A DNA stretch of 64,000 nucleotides from Octopus vulgaris (taxonomy: Eukaryota), in assembly GCA_951406725.2 (NCBI GenBank), contig OX597843.1, positions 14,074,001 through 14,138,000 of the forward strand, written 5' to 3'. Under the pieces are notes generated by a model. It worked only from the letters and a program-made list of their open reading frames with translations, was not told the DNA's origin and made no database searches. Shown piece after piece: positions 39,336 to 51,961 of this stretch. A program made the position numbers and the translations under genes. Every line of letters begins with the position of its first letter. Position 1 is the stretch's first letter.

Positions 39336-40057
39336 TACATACATATATATTATAATATGACAGGCTTCTTTCAGTTTCCGTCATTGACCAAATCCACTCG
39401 CAAGGCTTTGGTCGGCCCGAGGCTATAGTAGAAGACACTTGCCCAAGGTGCCACGCAGTGGAACTGAACCCAGAACCATGTGGCTGGGAAGCAAACTTCT
39501 TACCACACTTGCCATGGTCATCTTTTAAACGGACAGATTTGGGATGAAGAGAAAGCTGGAATGGTCATGGCAGGCTGACCTTTAGCCATAGGTCTCCTCA
39601 ATCAAGTATCAAATTTTCTACATGCATATTCAGCCTTTTAGAAATAGCAGCTAAAATCTCCTTCAAATTTTAAAAAGGACTCCTTCTTTGAATGATGTGA
39701 TTCCTTGCACATAACAACAGGGTGGTCATGGTTGGTACAGTATTGATCATAGCTCTACTGGATCATGACTAACCTAGGGCTAAACAACCTCCTCCACTTC
39801 TCATTCCCTTCTCTTCCGACTTCATTTTTGTTTTTTGTTTGTGATATTTTGTTAAAAAATTTTTTTAATTTGTTGTTTTTATTTTGTTTTTCTTTTTTTC
39901 TACCCTTCACCCCCCCACCACCACCACCACTCGCCTCCCGATTTTGCCATTGTGGCCTGAAATTGACCTCTGGGTCCACCTTGCATGCTTTGACCCACTG
40001 CGTTCTACCCTGGGTGTGGGTTGGCTGGGCTGTGATTTGAAACCTTGAACCTAGTAG

Positions 40058-40195
40058 AAGACAACCAGTGAGCTGGACAGTGTCCGTGAAGAGCAGAAAC
40101 AGCTTGAGGTGGCCACCCAGGCCAAGACTGACCAAGTCTCCCTCCAACTGCAATCCTCCACTCAACAATGTTCACAACTGGAGAAATCTTGTCAG
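40058..40195 (+). CDS. HIP1: HIP1 exon M: KTTSELDSVREEQKQLEVATQAKTDQVSLQLQSSTQQCSQLEKSCQ
   Basis: Open coiled-coil-like frame, donor CAG|gtttgt, 138 nt, phase 0-0. The acceptor is a tandem ctag-tag-aag, so the exact start (40058 vs 40061) is uncertain. Confidence 0.82.
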
Positions 40196-41057
40196 GTTTG
40201 TTATTCCTTTTTTTTTTTGGTCCTGTTTCTTCTCCCTCCTCCCTACTGGTCCCCCACTTTGCCCTCCATCCACTCCTTCACCACTCCATCCCCATCTCAT
40301 TCCTCCCTGACCTCTATCGCCTCTGACCTCCATCCTCCTGTCATTCATTCGGCCTCCAGTTGTCCATCTACCCCTCCCCTAATCTCCATCTCCCACTCCC
40401 TCTTCCATCCACCCCTGCCACCCGGTTAACACCGAAATCCTCCCTACCCCCCTCCCCTGACCACCATCCCTCTGTCATCCATCCATGCCCCTCCCCCAAG
40501 CCTCCATCCACCCGACAGCTTAGCCGTGCCTCTGTTTACCAATTATTGAGGGTAGACATCATTTGGGCTTCTTTAGGCCATCATTGATGACGTGGGATCA
40601 TGTGACTGGGTGGGTGCTGGGAAGTGTTTCTTCAGAATCGCTGCTTTCAGTTTCGGATACAGAAATATCCTATTCATTCTCGTACACCACGTGCTTTTGT
40701 ACCTCATTCATTCTTTCTCTCAATATTTCCATATTTTCCATTGAAAGACCTTCAAATTCGGAGTTATTGCTTGATAGCATGAAACTTCTGTCCATTTTCA
40801 AAGTTGAAAAAAAAAATTAATGCCGTAAAAATGTGGAAAAAAAATCTCCCAAAATTCACTGAGTTCAGATATTGGGTCAAGCAATGTCGGGTACTATAAC
40901 TCAACTATTTGCAAAGTGAAATCACGTATTTTCACAAATGTACTAATGAGATTTGTGCTTAAATTCACATTTAAATAACAGTGGGTACTCGCGGCCTGGT
41001 TGGAACCAAGAAATTTTTCAGCCAGCTACAGCCGGGTTAGTATCAAAAGTGTTAACA

Positions 41058-41824
41058 GACAAACATGGACATCTGGTAGAAAAATATGACAAATGTGGAG
41101 ATCTCGTAGAACAATATGATGAACTGGGACATCTGGTAGAACAATATGATGAACTGGGACATCTGGTAGAACAATATGATGAACTGGGACATCTGGTAGA
41201 ACAATATGACAAATGTGGACATCTGGTAGAACAATATGACAAATGTTGAGATCTCGTAGAACAATATGACAAACATGGACATCTGGTAGAACAATATGAC
41301 AAATGTGGACATCTGGTAGAACAATATGACAAATGTGGACATCTGGTAGAACAATATGACAAATGTGGACATCTGGTAGAACAATATGACAAATGTGGAC
41401 ATCTGGTAGAACAATATGACAAATGTGGACATCTGGTAGAACAATATGACAAATGTGGACATCTGGTAGAACAATATGACAAATGTAGACATCTGGTAGA
41501 ACAATATGACAAACGTGGACATCTGGTAGAACAATATGACAAATGTGGAGATCTCGTAGAACAATATAACAAACGTGGACATCTGGTAGAATAATATAAC
41601 AAATGTGGACATCTGGTAGAACAATATGACAAACGTGGACATCTGGTAGAACAATATGACAAACGTGGACATCTGGTAGAACAATATGACAAATGTGGAC
41701 ATCTGGTAGAACAATATGACAAACGTGGACATCTGGTAGAACAATATGACAAATGTGGACATCTGGTAGAACAATATAACAAATGTGGACATCTGGTAGA
41801 ACAATATGACAAATGTGGACATCT
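41058..41824. repeat. 30-bp minisatellite, ~25 units of GGACATCTGGTAGAACAATATGACAAATGT
   Basis: Exact 30-nt period visible in the 60-column layout. Confidence 0.97.
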
Positions 41825-42324
41825 AACTGGACGGACAGGCATGAGCGTTTGGTTGAACAGAGACACAAAAATATTTGACTGGACACATGGATATCTGATA
41901 GAGAGACACAGACTGGACATCTGACTGGACAGACAGACATGTAGACATGAGGTTGCTTGCCCGATTGTCCAGGACCTCCAACCGGTGATGGTCAATGATA
42001 AGTAATCAAAATTAATCCCAGCGCCACCAGAAACCAAAAAAAAAAAGTCAAAAAAAGAAATGAAGACATTCTTTTTGAAAACGAAACCCCAAAAAGTCTT
42101 TTGTATTTTTCCTTGTTGATGTTATCGTTGTTGTCATTTCCTTTCAGTAGAAAATCTTGGAGTCTTCTGCAATGTCCCGATTTGCATCTTGCATGGGTGT
42201 CTTCTCTCCGTTCTCTCTTATTCTTGTCTCTTTGTTGCTCGTCGCATGCCCCAAAACACCGTCTTGTGGAGCATGCATTCTTCATTGTAGTTGATAATGC
42301 CATCATCATCATTATTATTATAAC

Positions 42325-42360
<36 letters not shown>

Positions 42361-42619
42361 GGTTGTTGTTGTTGTTGTCGTTGTCTCCAGGCTAGTTAGT
42401 GTCTGTCATAGCAGAGTAACAAAATGCTTAACAACTGATATTATTCTCTCTTTTGGGGGCCATGTGTACTTTAACATACATGTCTGTCCGTATGTCTGTA
42501 TACATATTTATTGCATTCACTCTTTACCTCCCTCTCCTCCCCTCTATCTATTTATCTCTCTTTCTCTCTCTTTGTGAGTAATGTATGTATGTGCCCCCCA
42601 TTTCTCTCTCTGTATATAT

Positions 42620-42838
42620 CAGTGCTTTTCAAACTTTTTGCTGGAGCGGAACCCCAAGGAAACATTCCACTGGCTCGAGGAACCCCTGTGCAATAATTTC
42701 ATAGTCTTATGCACACATATCTGCACAGGAGACTTAAAAATTACTGCTGATTTTAGCAGTTTTGAAACTTCTTGCGGAACCCCTGCACTGTACTGGCGGA
42801 ACCCTAAGGTTCAGAGGAACCCTGGTTGAAAATCACTG
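42620..42838. mobile_element. hAT (Charlie-like) MITE, second copy
   Basis: Same body as 38813-39013; TSD GTATAT(A/G)T. Confidence 0.85.
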
Positions 42839-43332
42839 GTATATGTATATATGTGTGTGTGTGTGTGGTGGGGTATGGATTAGCTCACCTTGTCAAAAAA
42901 TACTAACAGAGGAAAGGGTGTCCGTTTTATCTTATTGACCATTTTAACCAGCACCAGGGTTTAATAGTGTGTGTGTGTGTGTGTGTATACATACTTGGTT
43001 CTGGAAATGTATACACCCCCAATGGATGTAGTAATAAAATACCAGAAAATACTGTAAACACCAAATATATTACAAGGTGGATGTGCTAAGCAGTGACATG
43101 TACAAATGCAATGCTATTCCCGGTTTGACTATGCCAGGGGCAAGTTTGAATTTGTAAACCAGCGGTTCTTCACTGTGTTTTGTCATGGAGAAAATTTCTT
43201 GCTTTTGACAAATGGTGTAGAAACATACATGCACACACACACACACACATACATTAGTAGTTGTCATTGTTGCATTGATGTGAGGTAAATATTTGGGTTG
43301 AAAATCCTGGAAATGTTGTCTGAAAAGTTATA

Positions 43333-43644
43333 TCTTTATATATAAAACTGAAGTTGTGTGTGTGAGACTCTGTCTCCTCCAATTTAGATTCCTAACTACT
43401 CCCACATTTTGCGGTGCAGTTTAACCAAAAGCAGGTATCTTATAGTCGTGATTCATTTTGAGCCCTTCTCGGTATTAGCACGCTTCTACGATGAGTCTAC
43501 GATTTAAAAAAAAAATTTACCATCATTTTTTGGTTTTTTTTAATGCATTTTTTACTCGGTTTTATATAAGGGAAGTAACTCTCTAAAAATGCTTATATAG
43601 TTATTTCCCTTACAAACCCAAGCAACGCCGGGCGATACTGCTAG
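43333..43644 (+). mobile_element. Non-autonomous Helitron-like element
   Basis: A|TC start, subterminal CCC..GGG hairpin, CTAG|T end, no TSD. Confidence 0.75.
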
Positions 43645-44734
43645 TATAACATAACGAATTTGGAGGAAAATTAATTCACCATTACACATTTGCTATTAGG
43701 AATTACAAAAATATACATGCCGGATAAACATGAAAGAAATTTTCAGTTAGAAATTCTTTTGACAGAGAATCAAATAATCCAAAATTTATTTTTGGATGAG
43801 GCATTTATATGTAGTAATCTGGAGTCATATAAAAAGATGGAAGGATAGATAATAGGAAAAAGATAAATGAACACAAGTAGACCAAATGAGTATATTTGCA
43901 GAGTTCAAATGAACAGAGAGGATTATATAATGGTCTTATCTTTACAGCTGTTTCAGGTGAAGCAGAGCTTATGCCATAACCATGTCTATGGCTCAGAATA
44001 TCCTGATGAGAGTAAGGTGACTTGCCTCACAGATCTATAAATATTTCTTATTCCATACACTTTTTATAATGTAAAAGATATGGTTACAGCATCAACTCTG
44101 GCTTTCATGAAAGAGCGAGAACAGCCAAACGGAACAAGAGCAGAGTTTTGCTCATTGTCGGAATCAACCAGACAGATCACTTCAGCTAGAATAGCTATGC
44201 ACCACCACCACTCACAGTGGGAGATGCATGGCTTAGTGGTTAGGGTGTTAAGTTCATGATTGTAAGGTTTTGGTTTCGGTTCCTGGACTGGATGATGCAT
44301 TGTGTTCTTGAACAAAATACTTCAGTCCACCTAGCTGACAGAAGTGAGTAACCCTGCTAGGGACTGGCGTCCCATCCAGTGGGGGAATATATACACCACA
44401 TGGAAACTGGGGAACTGGCCCTTTTGAATCAGTATGTCTCTGAGAAGGTAATCTTTACCGTTGCCACCATTCATGGAATCGAGAAAGAGTTACTAATCTG
44501 TCAACCCTGCAGTTGTCTGGCCCAGGAGGGTTGTCTTAGGTTGAGTCAAATTTAGCTGCAAATTCCACTCAATTGTGGTCCCCTCCAATTGGTTTCTAGG
44601 AGTTTCTGTTTTGCAACCCTAACACCATCTCCTCATTTCTTGGAACTAATGGGTTCCTGTGCAGGTCAGCCACAAACTAGACTTTAGCTGTAATGGCTAC
44701 ACTAATTTGCATAATGTCAGTTGACTGATTGAAT

Positions 44735-45435
44735 AATAAAAATAATAATAATTAATTCATGTATTGGCCACAAGGGCTAACAAAAATCAATTAAAACATA
44801 AAGGGACAAAACACAGGACGAAAGTTACAAAGGGTTTTGTCCATTTGAAAATGGCCGTGTACAAAATCAGGATAACAACGAAATATAAGTAACAATTAAA
44901 ACTGCCAATAGGGGGAGGCGCTTCGAAAGGTTACTTGTGGAAAAACCCATAAAAGCCACGGGAGCCTGGTCAAAAGGCGGAGTAGAGAACCCCTTTCTCC
45001 TTTTATATTTCCTTTTAATTTTTCACAGGTGTATCCTCAGAATTGGTCCATTCATACTGGCCATTCTTCCGACATTCACCCAGCTTTCAATAAACTTGCT
45101 ACCAGCCATCACTTCCCTCTCTACTCTCACCTTCCTTTGAAAAAGTTGATGAGGCCTTGGCCAAAGAGGAAAGTGTCTGACCGTAGCCCTTTCAAACGGG
45201 TCCACCATATCGCCTCTGTCGCTACAGCCACTAGGCAAAGGAAAACTGCCTTGCCCTCCCGGTTAAAGGAGGTCGGCGGGGAAATCCTCACTATGGATTC
45301 AGCTGATAGCCAGATCCGTCCTATACACGACAGTAGCTGTTCGATATAAACCCATAGTTCAGCAATACTCGGGCTCTGGACGAGTGCATGCAGAACGGTT
45401 TTGTCGTGCTGGGCGCACCTTGGGCAGGCCCGTCG
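44735..45435 (-). mobile_element. L1/Tx1-clade LINE 3' fragment
   Basis: Minus strand CPRCAQHDKTVLHALVQSPSIAELW (decayed CCHC knuckle), then AIWWTRLK, a 3' UTR and an (ATT)n tail. Confidence 0.75.
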
Positions 45436-45684
45436 TGTGTGTTATGCCTCTGGCTCCCACTCTCTTCCACTATGCGTGTGTGTGTGTCTGGCTCTCTTTT
45501 TCTTCTTCACCCTCTCTCCCCCTTATTTTTCTCTCTCTTTCACTCTCTCTCTATTTCTCTCCTTCACTCTCTCTCTCTCTCTCTCTGTATATATATGTCT
45601 ATATCTACATATCTATATACCTATATGCATATATGTATCTTTTTCTCTCTCTCTCTCCTTTGTCATGCACACTCTCGGGGACAG

Positions 45685-45822
45685 GCTGCTACTGCCGCTG
45701 CTGCTGCTTCCCAAGGCAACCACCCATCCTCCACGACAGCAGCAGCCTCATCACCACCGCTTCCGCCATTACCATCACCACCACCGCCACCACCAGCCCA
45801 ACACACCAACGATGATTATGAG
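45685..45822 (+). CDS. HIP1: Candidate alternative cassette exon, Ala/Pro-rich: AATAAAAASQGNHPSSTTAAASSPPLPPLPSPPPPPPAQHTNDDYE
   Basis: First AG after about 255 nt of AG-free pyrimidine-rich sequence, donor GAG|gtaaag, 138 nt, stop-free, phase 0-0 like the host intron. No homology support. Confidence 0.45.
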
Positions 45823-48347
45823 GTAAAGCAGTGTAGCAGGGGGCAGGCAGTGGGGGGCAAGGGACAGGGAGGAGGGATTTTTTTTTTACCCTTACCCCCA
45901 CCCCCACCCTTCCACTCATTCAGTGCACTCCAGCACCCTTCACTTTTACATTCCATTTCTGACCCCTTGGGCTGTTTATTAAGATGCTAACCACCACCAC
46001 CACTCCTCCCAAGCTAAACCCATTAAACTCATTTAGGCTTCATTAAAGGTTTTTCCATCTTTGTGACCCTTGATACAGTCTGTCCTTAGCCTTAGTTCCT
46101 CTCGTGTACAGTTGGCCCCTACATCAAGCAGTGAGACCTCTTCAATCTCTGGTTTTCAGTATAGCTGCCAGTATCTTCCCAACTGATACAATTTGGTGCT
46201 ACAACTCTTTTTAGGGGGGTTTTTTTTTTTCATACCCGTCTTGGGTCTTCATTTTTCTCACAACCTCCTGCATCTTCCCAAGTGCTTCTAAGTTGCTTCT
46301 GATCTTCGTAGGTGGTGTACCCTGTCTCTTTGGGGTTTCCCTTTCTTTCTTTTTAGCCCTCTACCCATTCCTTCTGTAAAGCTATCTTCGGTCTTCATTC
46401 TTCTCTTAGTCCCAGCATCTTCCCAAGTGCTGCTACGTTGCTTCAGATCTTCGAAGGTCTTCTTGAGTTTCCCTCTTTTCCTTTGTCCCTCTAGTGGTAC
46501 CCATGTTTCACTCTTCTTTCCCTCACACCCTCCCCCTCGACCTGCTCAGTCTGGCCCTCCCAGCTCTTCACAGTTTCTGGTTCTGTCCCTGTCGGTGATT
46601 TTCAGTATTTTGTGTATTTTCACTATTGGTAGAACACATTTGACCCCTGATGAATTATTTTCAAATCTTTGTCTTCATTAAATGCTTATTTTTGTGATCC
46701 TTAGATAATCGAACCATTAAGGCTTAATTGAAGGGTCTCCCTCTTTGTGATCTGCATCCTAAATCCTTCAGTGATGATGGCAGTTTCTTCATGTTCAAAG
46801 ATCCTGTGGAAGAGCAGTGACCTGTCAACCAGCCCTTGATGCCCCTGAGCTTTCTTCCTGCTTATGCTTAAGTTTTAAGTTGAGAGTCACTTTGCTCAAT
46901 CTGTTCCCATTCTTTAGACTTTGATGTCTGGCTAAAGTGGCTCAGTGATTTCAGATGGCTGCAGTGCTCAGCAAGTTGTAGGTTTTACATTAGAGTGGCC
47001 TTCTGTTAGGTGGACTGTGTTACGGGGCTGGAGTTACTGGAAGGGTGTCAAAAATGGCAACCAGACCCCTTGAGGAACTTCACTCCTTGATTCGCTGTCC
47101 AGGTTGATTCCTCAACTCGTTTCCTTTCCCAAGGCACTCACAAAGCAGTGAGGGTTTGTGCCCAGAGTTTCTTCCATAACCTGCTAATCAGCCCCTAGCT
47201 GGGGCCCTGACAGTTGCTACTACTAAGGGTCAGAGAAGAGCTGGGTTCCAAATGAGTTAAAGCATGGTACCACACTCCTTAAAACCCTGGAACTCCCAAA
47301 TCAGGGTTCTGCTGCCAGAAGAAGTTTAAAATCATACCGTGGATTAAACCCTTCAATAATAATTCATTAAAAGATTAGGGATGTTGGGTGTGTTGTGGGG
47401 AGGTTTGCTTCTCTCAACAAAGGGTTTATTTGGGGTCGGGGTGCAGAGGGTAAGGCATTAGTCTTTATGATCTTTGACCGCTTTGGACCTTGGGTCACCA
47501 CTGAAGCTTTTATCTGCTCTCCTCCTATAACCCCATCTCCACAATGTCCACCACAGCCTTCACTTCACCATCAACTGATGATGAGGAGGAGGATTCATTC
47601 ATGTGAGGAAGGATGTGCACAGGTATCAGAAAGGCATGAATGTCACAACGCAGCACCCGATTTCCTTACCTCCCTTTCCCTCTTCACTTTGAAAACCTTT
47701 GTCCTTTAATACTAGACTAACAGACCATGTCATCATCATCATTCTCATTGTCGTCATCATCAACATCATATTTGTTATCAGCGTTGCCATCATCACCACC
47801 ACCATCATCATCATTGTTGCTGTCATGGCTATATATGAAAGGGTTTGAAAAAAAAATGGTTTAAAGCCTTCATTGTCACCATCATCTTCCCCACCACCAT
47901 CGCAATCATCATCATTATTTGCAATTAAAAAAAGAGAAAAAAAGGCACTAATTATAAGAGTCGGACAAAATGCCTTGCAGCAGTCGAGTTTAGGTTTGTC
48001 ATGTTCTGGGATCAAATCCTGCCAAGGTCATGCTTTACTGTTCATGCTGTCATACAAAGCACCTGTAAAATACTGGACTTGATCTAATCAACAAACCTCC
48101 CCCCCTCCGGTGCCATGGTGGAATTAACAATCACGTCATTGAAATATCTCAAAGCTATAAGATAATGCATAATTAAGAACAAAGTGAATGAACAAGCGTT
48201 ATATTTAAGAGAGAGAAAGCTGAATGTTACAGGGTTAAGCATCAACCATTTGCAATTTGTGAATTTTCAATAGAATCAGGAATATGCGTTGGTGTTGTTT
48301 GACCATATTGCTGTAATATTGTGAATGGCATTGCGAGGATCTTCATG

Positions 48348-48769
48348 GGATCTTTTCGGTTTGAACGGCAGTTTTTAAAAATAATTTCCACGTAACTAAA
48401 CACTTTTAAACTTCGTATACTGGTAGAATGTATTTATAAAACATCTTTTTCTCTTGGCTTTATTGAGAAAATTCTATAGTTTCTAAGATATTTGTTGTTT
48501 TTTTTCTTCAATTTCTGCAATTTCAAACAATCAATGACGTCTATTGAGGTAAAAAAACATTCTGTGCCGTTTGAATATGTCCCTCGTTTAAGAAACAGAT
48601 TGGGTTTGTTTACATTTGTGAAGAAAAAAAGATACCCTTCCCCCACCCCTAACTAACCCTGACCCTAAAAGAGATTGAAATGCAATAGATCGATACTAGG
48701 GTCATAATTATGGGTGACAATTTCATATGACACTGCTAGAAAAAACTGCCGTTCAAACCGAAAAGATCC
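48348..48769 (-). mobile_element. Merlin-like MITE (inverted relative to 12971 and 21609)
   Basis: TIR GGATCTTTTCGGTTTGAACGGCAG, 8-bp TSD TCTTCATG. Confidence 0.85.
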
Positions 48770-49227
48770 TCTTCATGTACTTTGGCTCTTAAAATATTCT
48801 TTCTTGTTGGGCAAAAATTCATTATCAATGGGAAATACCTAAGAACGGTGATATTTCAATAGATTCCATGACTGGCAGTCCACTGGCACAAATCAGTCAA
48901 TGTTGTATTTTAGGTAAACCTTTATAAGATCTGTTTAAAGTTGTCTCCCGTAGGTATTTCTCACTGACAAAAGCTAAGGAGCTACAAACATCGATGTTGG
49001 GAATCCTGATAGAGGGCGACACTGAACAGATATGGTTGTTTCTTAACACCTTTTTGCTTTAAGAGAAAAGTTTCACCACAGTAAAAGCAGTGAATTTATT
49101 TTTTAGTAGTTGAAATATGTCACAAACAGACTTTAACTAACCTAAACTTTGCCTAAACACTGCTTGGAGATAATATTTCAGTTACATATATATATATATA
49201 GATAGATAGATATATATATATATATAT

Positions 49228-50212
49228 ACACACTCAAAATAAGCAACAAGAATAACTTTGGTAATTTGGTACGATTGTTTCACGCTACATCATTTTATTA
49301 AATGTTGTAAGTATTACAACAGTTTTAAAATGTTGAGCAATCATCAGCCTTTAAAAGAGGTTTTCCATTAATACATAATTTTCATATCTTGTTGCTTATT
49401 TTGATTATAATCAACCCATGGATTTATATGGATAACACCATACAAAATTCTGGTGCATCTAACTTAAGTACCATATTCATTTGAATCTAAATTTTGCTGA
49501 ACATATATATATATATATATATTTTCTGTTGTGTCTGGGGAGAGTCTTTCTCTTTTGGTGCCTTATAATTTAACACACTCAGCAGTAAAATTTCCACTTA
49601 TTTCTTTTTTTATTTTTCTATATAGATATAGATATATATATATCTATATATAGATAGATATATATATATCTATATATATAGATAGATATATATATATCTA
49701 TATATATAGATAGATAGATATATATCTATATATATAGATAGATAGATGTATTTTTATATATATATTTCATTTTCAAAGACTACTGAAGAAGTTGCAAGAA
49801 GCAACGAAAATTTTAGAAAAATAAAAAAAGAAATAAGTGGAAATTTTACTGCTGAGTGTTAAATTATAAGGCACCAAAAGAGAAAGACTCTCCCCAGACA
49901 CAACAGAATATGCTTCAAGACATATATATATATATATGTTCAGCAAAATTTAGATTCAAATGAATATAGTACTTAAGTTAGATGGACCAGAATTTTGTAT
50001 GGTGTTATCCATATAAATCCATGGGGTGATTATAATCAAAATAAGCAACAAGATATGAAAATTATGTATTAATGGAAAACCTCTATTAAAGGCTGATGAT
50101 TGCTCAACATTTTAAAACTGTTGTAATACTTACAACATTTAATAAAATGATGTAGCGTGAAACAATCGTACCAAATTACCAAAGTTATTCTTGTTGCTTA
50201 TTTTGAGTGTGT
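49228..50212. repeat. ~1-kb foldback: ~390-bp near-identical inverted arms (49228-49620, 49814-50212)
   Basis: Arms are reverse complements with a few substitutions and small indels; the spacer is mostly TA/TAGA microsatellite. Confidence 0.95.
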
Positions 50213-51961
50213 GTATATATATATATAAGCACCATTTGAGCATGATCATTGCCAGTACCGGTTGGCTGGTCCCATACCAGTAGCACAGGTGCTATGCCAA
50301 TGACTTCACTTGCCACTCAATAGGTTTTATATATATATATATATATGCCAGTGCAGCATAACCAACCCGTTTAAGAGCAGCCTTCAATCATTGGACAATA
50401 AACTGCGCTTGCAAAGACCTGTTGAGGCAAGTGAAGTCCTTGTCTTGGCACCTGTGCTACTTGCATGGGACCAGTGAACCGAATCTGGCAATGATCATGC
50501 TCAAATTGTGCTTATTACATTCCACTGGCACGGGTGCCAATCAGGCGGTACTGTCATTGGCCACGATAACGACTTCACTTGACTCAACAGGTCTTTGTAA
50601 GTGCAGTTTATTGCCCAGTGATTGAAAGGTTTTGCTGCACTGGCACCATGGTTATGGGCCCACTTGGCTTGCTGAGTCTTCTCAAGCACAGCTTATCTCC
50701 AAAAGTCTCGGTCACTTGTCATCGCCTCAGTGAGGCCCAACGTTCAAAGGTCGTGCTTCACCACCTCATCCCAGGTCTTCCTGGGTCTACCTCTTCCACA
50801 AGTTCCCTTCACTGTTAGGGTGTGACACTTTTGCACACGGCTGTCCTCATCCATACGCAGCACATGACCATACCTGCACAGTCATCTCTCTTGCACACTG
50901 CATCTAAAGCTTCTTATGTCCAACTTTTCTCTCAGGGTGCTTACACTCTGTTGAGCATGCACACTGACATTACACATCCAGTGGAACATGCTAGCTTCAT
51001 TCTTTGCAAGCTTATGCATGTCCTCAGCAGTCATGGCCCATGTTTCACTGCCATGTTGCTTTTGATGAACTACTAAGTTATGGGGACATAAGCCAGTGCC
51101 AGTTTGTGTTGGGGTGGGTGGTGGGGCAAAAATAAAGACACACACATATATTATGATATATATGTGTGTGTGTGCATATATATATATGTATATATATATG
51201 TGTGTGTGTGTATATGATGAGCTTCCACACAGTCTCTGCCTTCCAAATCCATTCACAAGTCATTGATCAGCCTGGGACTATCGTAGAAGACCCTTGGCCA
51301 AGATGCTGTTCTGAGGGGCTGAACCTGACAGCACATGGTTGCAGAATGAGCCTCCTAACCACACTGCCACACCTGCACCTCTGTAAGTATTCCACCAACA
51401 CTGTGGGCCCTAAATATAATTCCCAGGGAAGCTCAACATGACACAGCCTCTAAAACCGTTCCTCAATGTATTTCAAAGACATGGCACAGTCACACATTGA
51501 AGAATACTTGAGTGTTGAGGGATCAAGATCTTTACTCAGGCCTTCTTTTGATGTAATTAGTTAGAACTGCTTGAGATATACGAGGTGAAGGCATTGTGGC
51601 CTTGTGGTTAAGGCATTGCACTCACAATTTCAGCGTCTTGATTTCAATTCCTGGACTGGGTTGTGCATTGTGTTCTTGAGCAAGACACTTCATTTCACAT
51701 TGCTCTGCAATCAATCACTTTGATACCTGATGTATGGCACAGTGTGCCTGTTCAGGCAATGTCAATTTGATGGAGAAAATGAGCTAATGGACGGCACAAG
51801 TGTTTAATCACTACGAAACCGATCATTTGTGCCGGAGGAGGTTGTTCAGCAAGAACTAGCAGGACCTTCTTCTGTCCCCTATGACAGGAGAGTCGATCAG
51901 GTTTGTGATGGAATCCATAGCAGGAATCATCAAGTAATGACAAATGAACACTGCTTTGTTG

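Noticed and set aside
40040-40057. U12-type branch-like CCTTGAAC before exon M
   Set aside because: The upstream donor is GTACGA, not the U12 consensus GTATCCTT.
41018-42037. 256-339 aa ORFs with 10-aa repeats, and a CRISPR-like look
   Set aside because: Pure 30-bp tandem repeat with no unique spacers and no cas genes. The ORFs arise because the unit lacks stops; the + frame (GHLVEQYDKC) is broken by TGA at 41247.
42140-42295. Possible exon after tttcag-tag with a GCATG cluster
   Set aside because: No good donor before an in-frame stop and no coiled-coil character.
43940-44030. Additional hammerhead half-motifs (also near 16390-16460, 17040-17065, 18700-18735, 34800, 55722)
   Set aside because: Only one half of the core or no closing stem I; too decayed to call.
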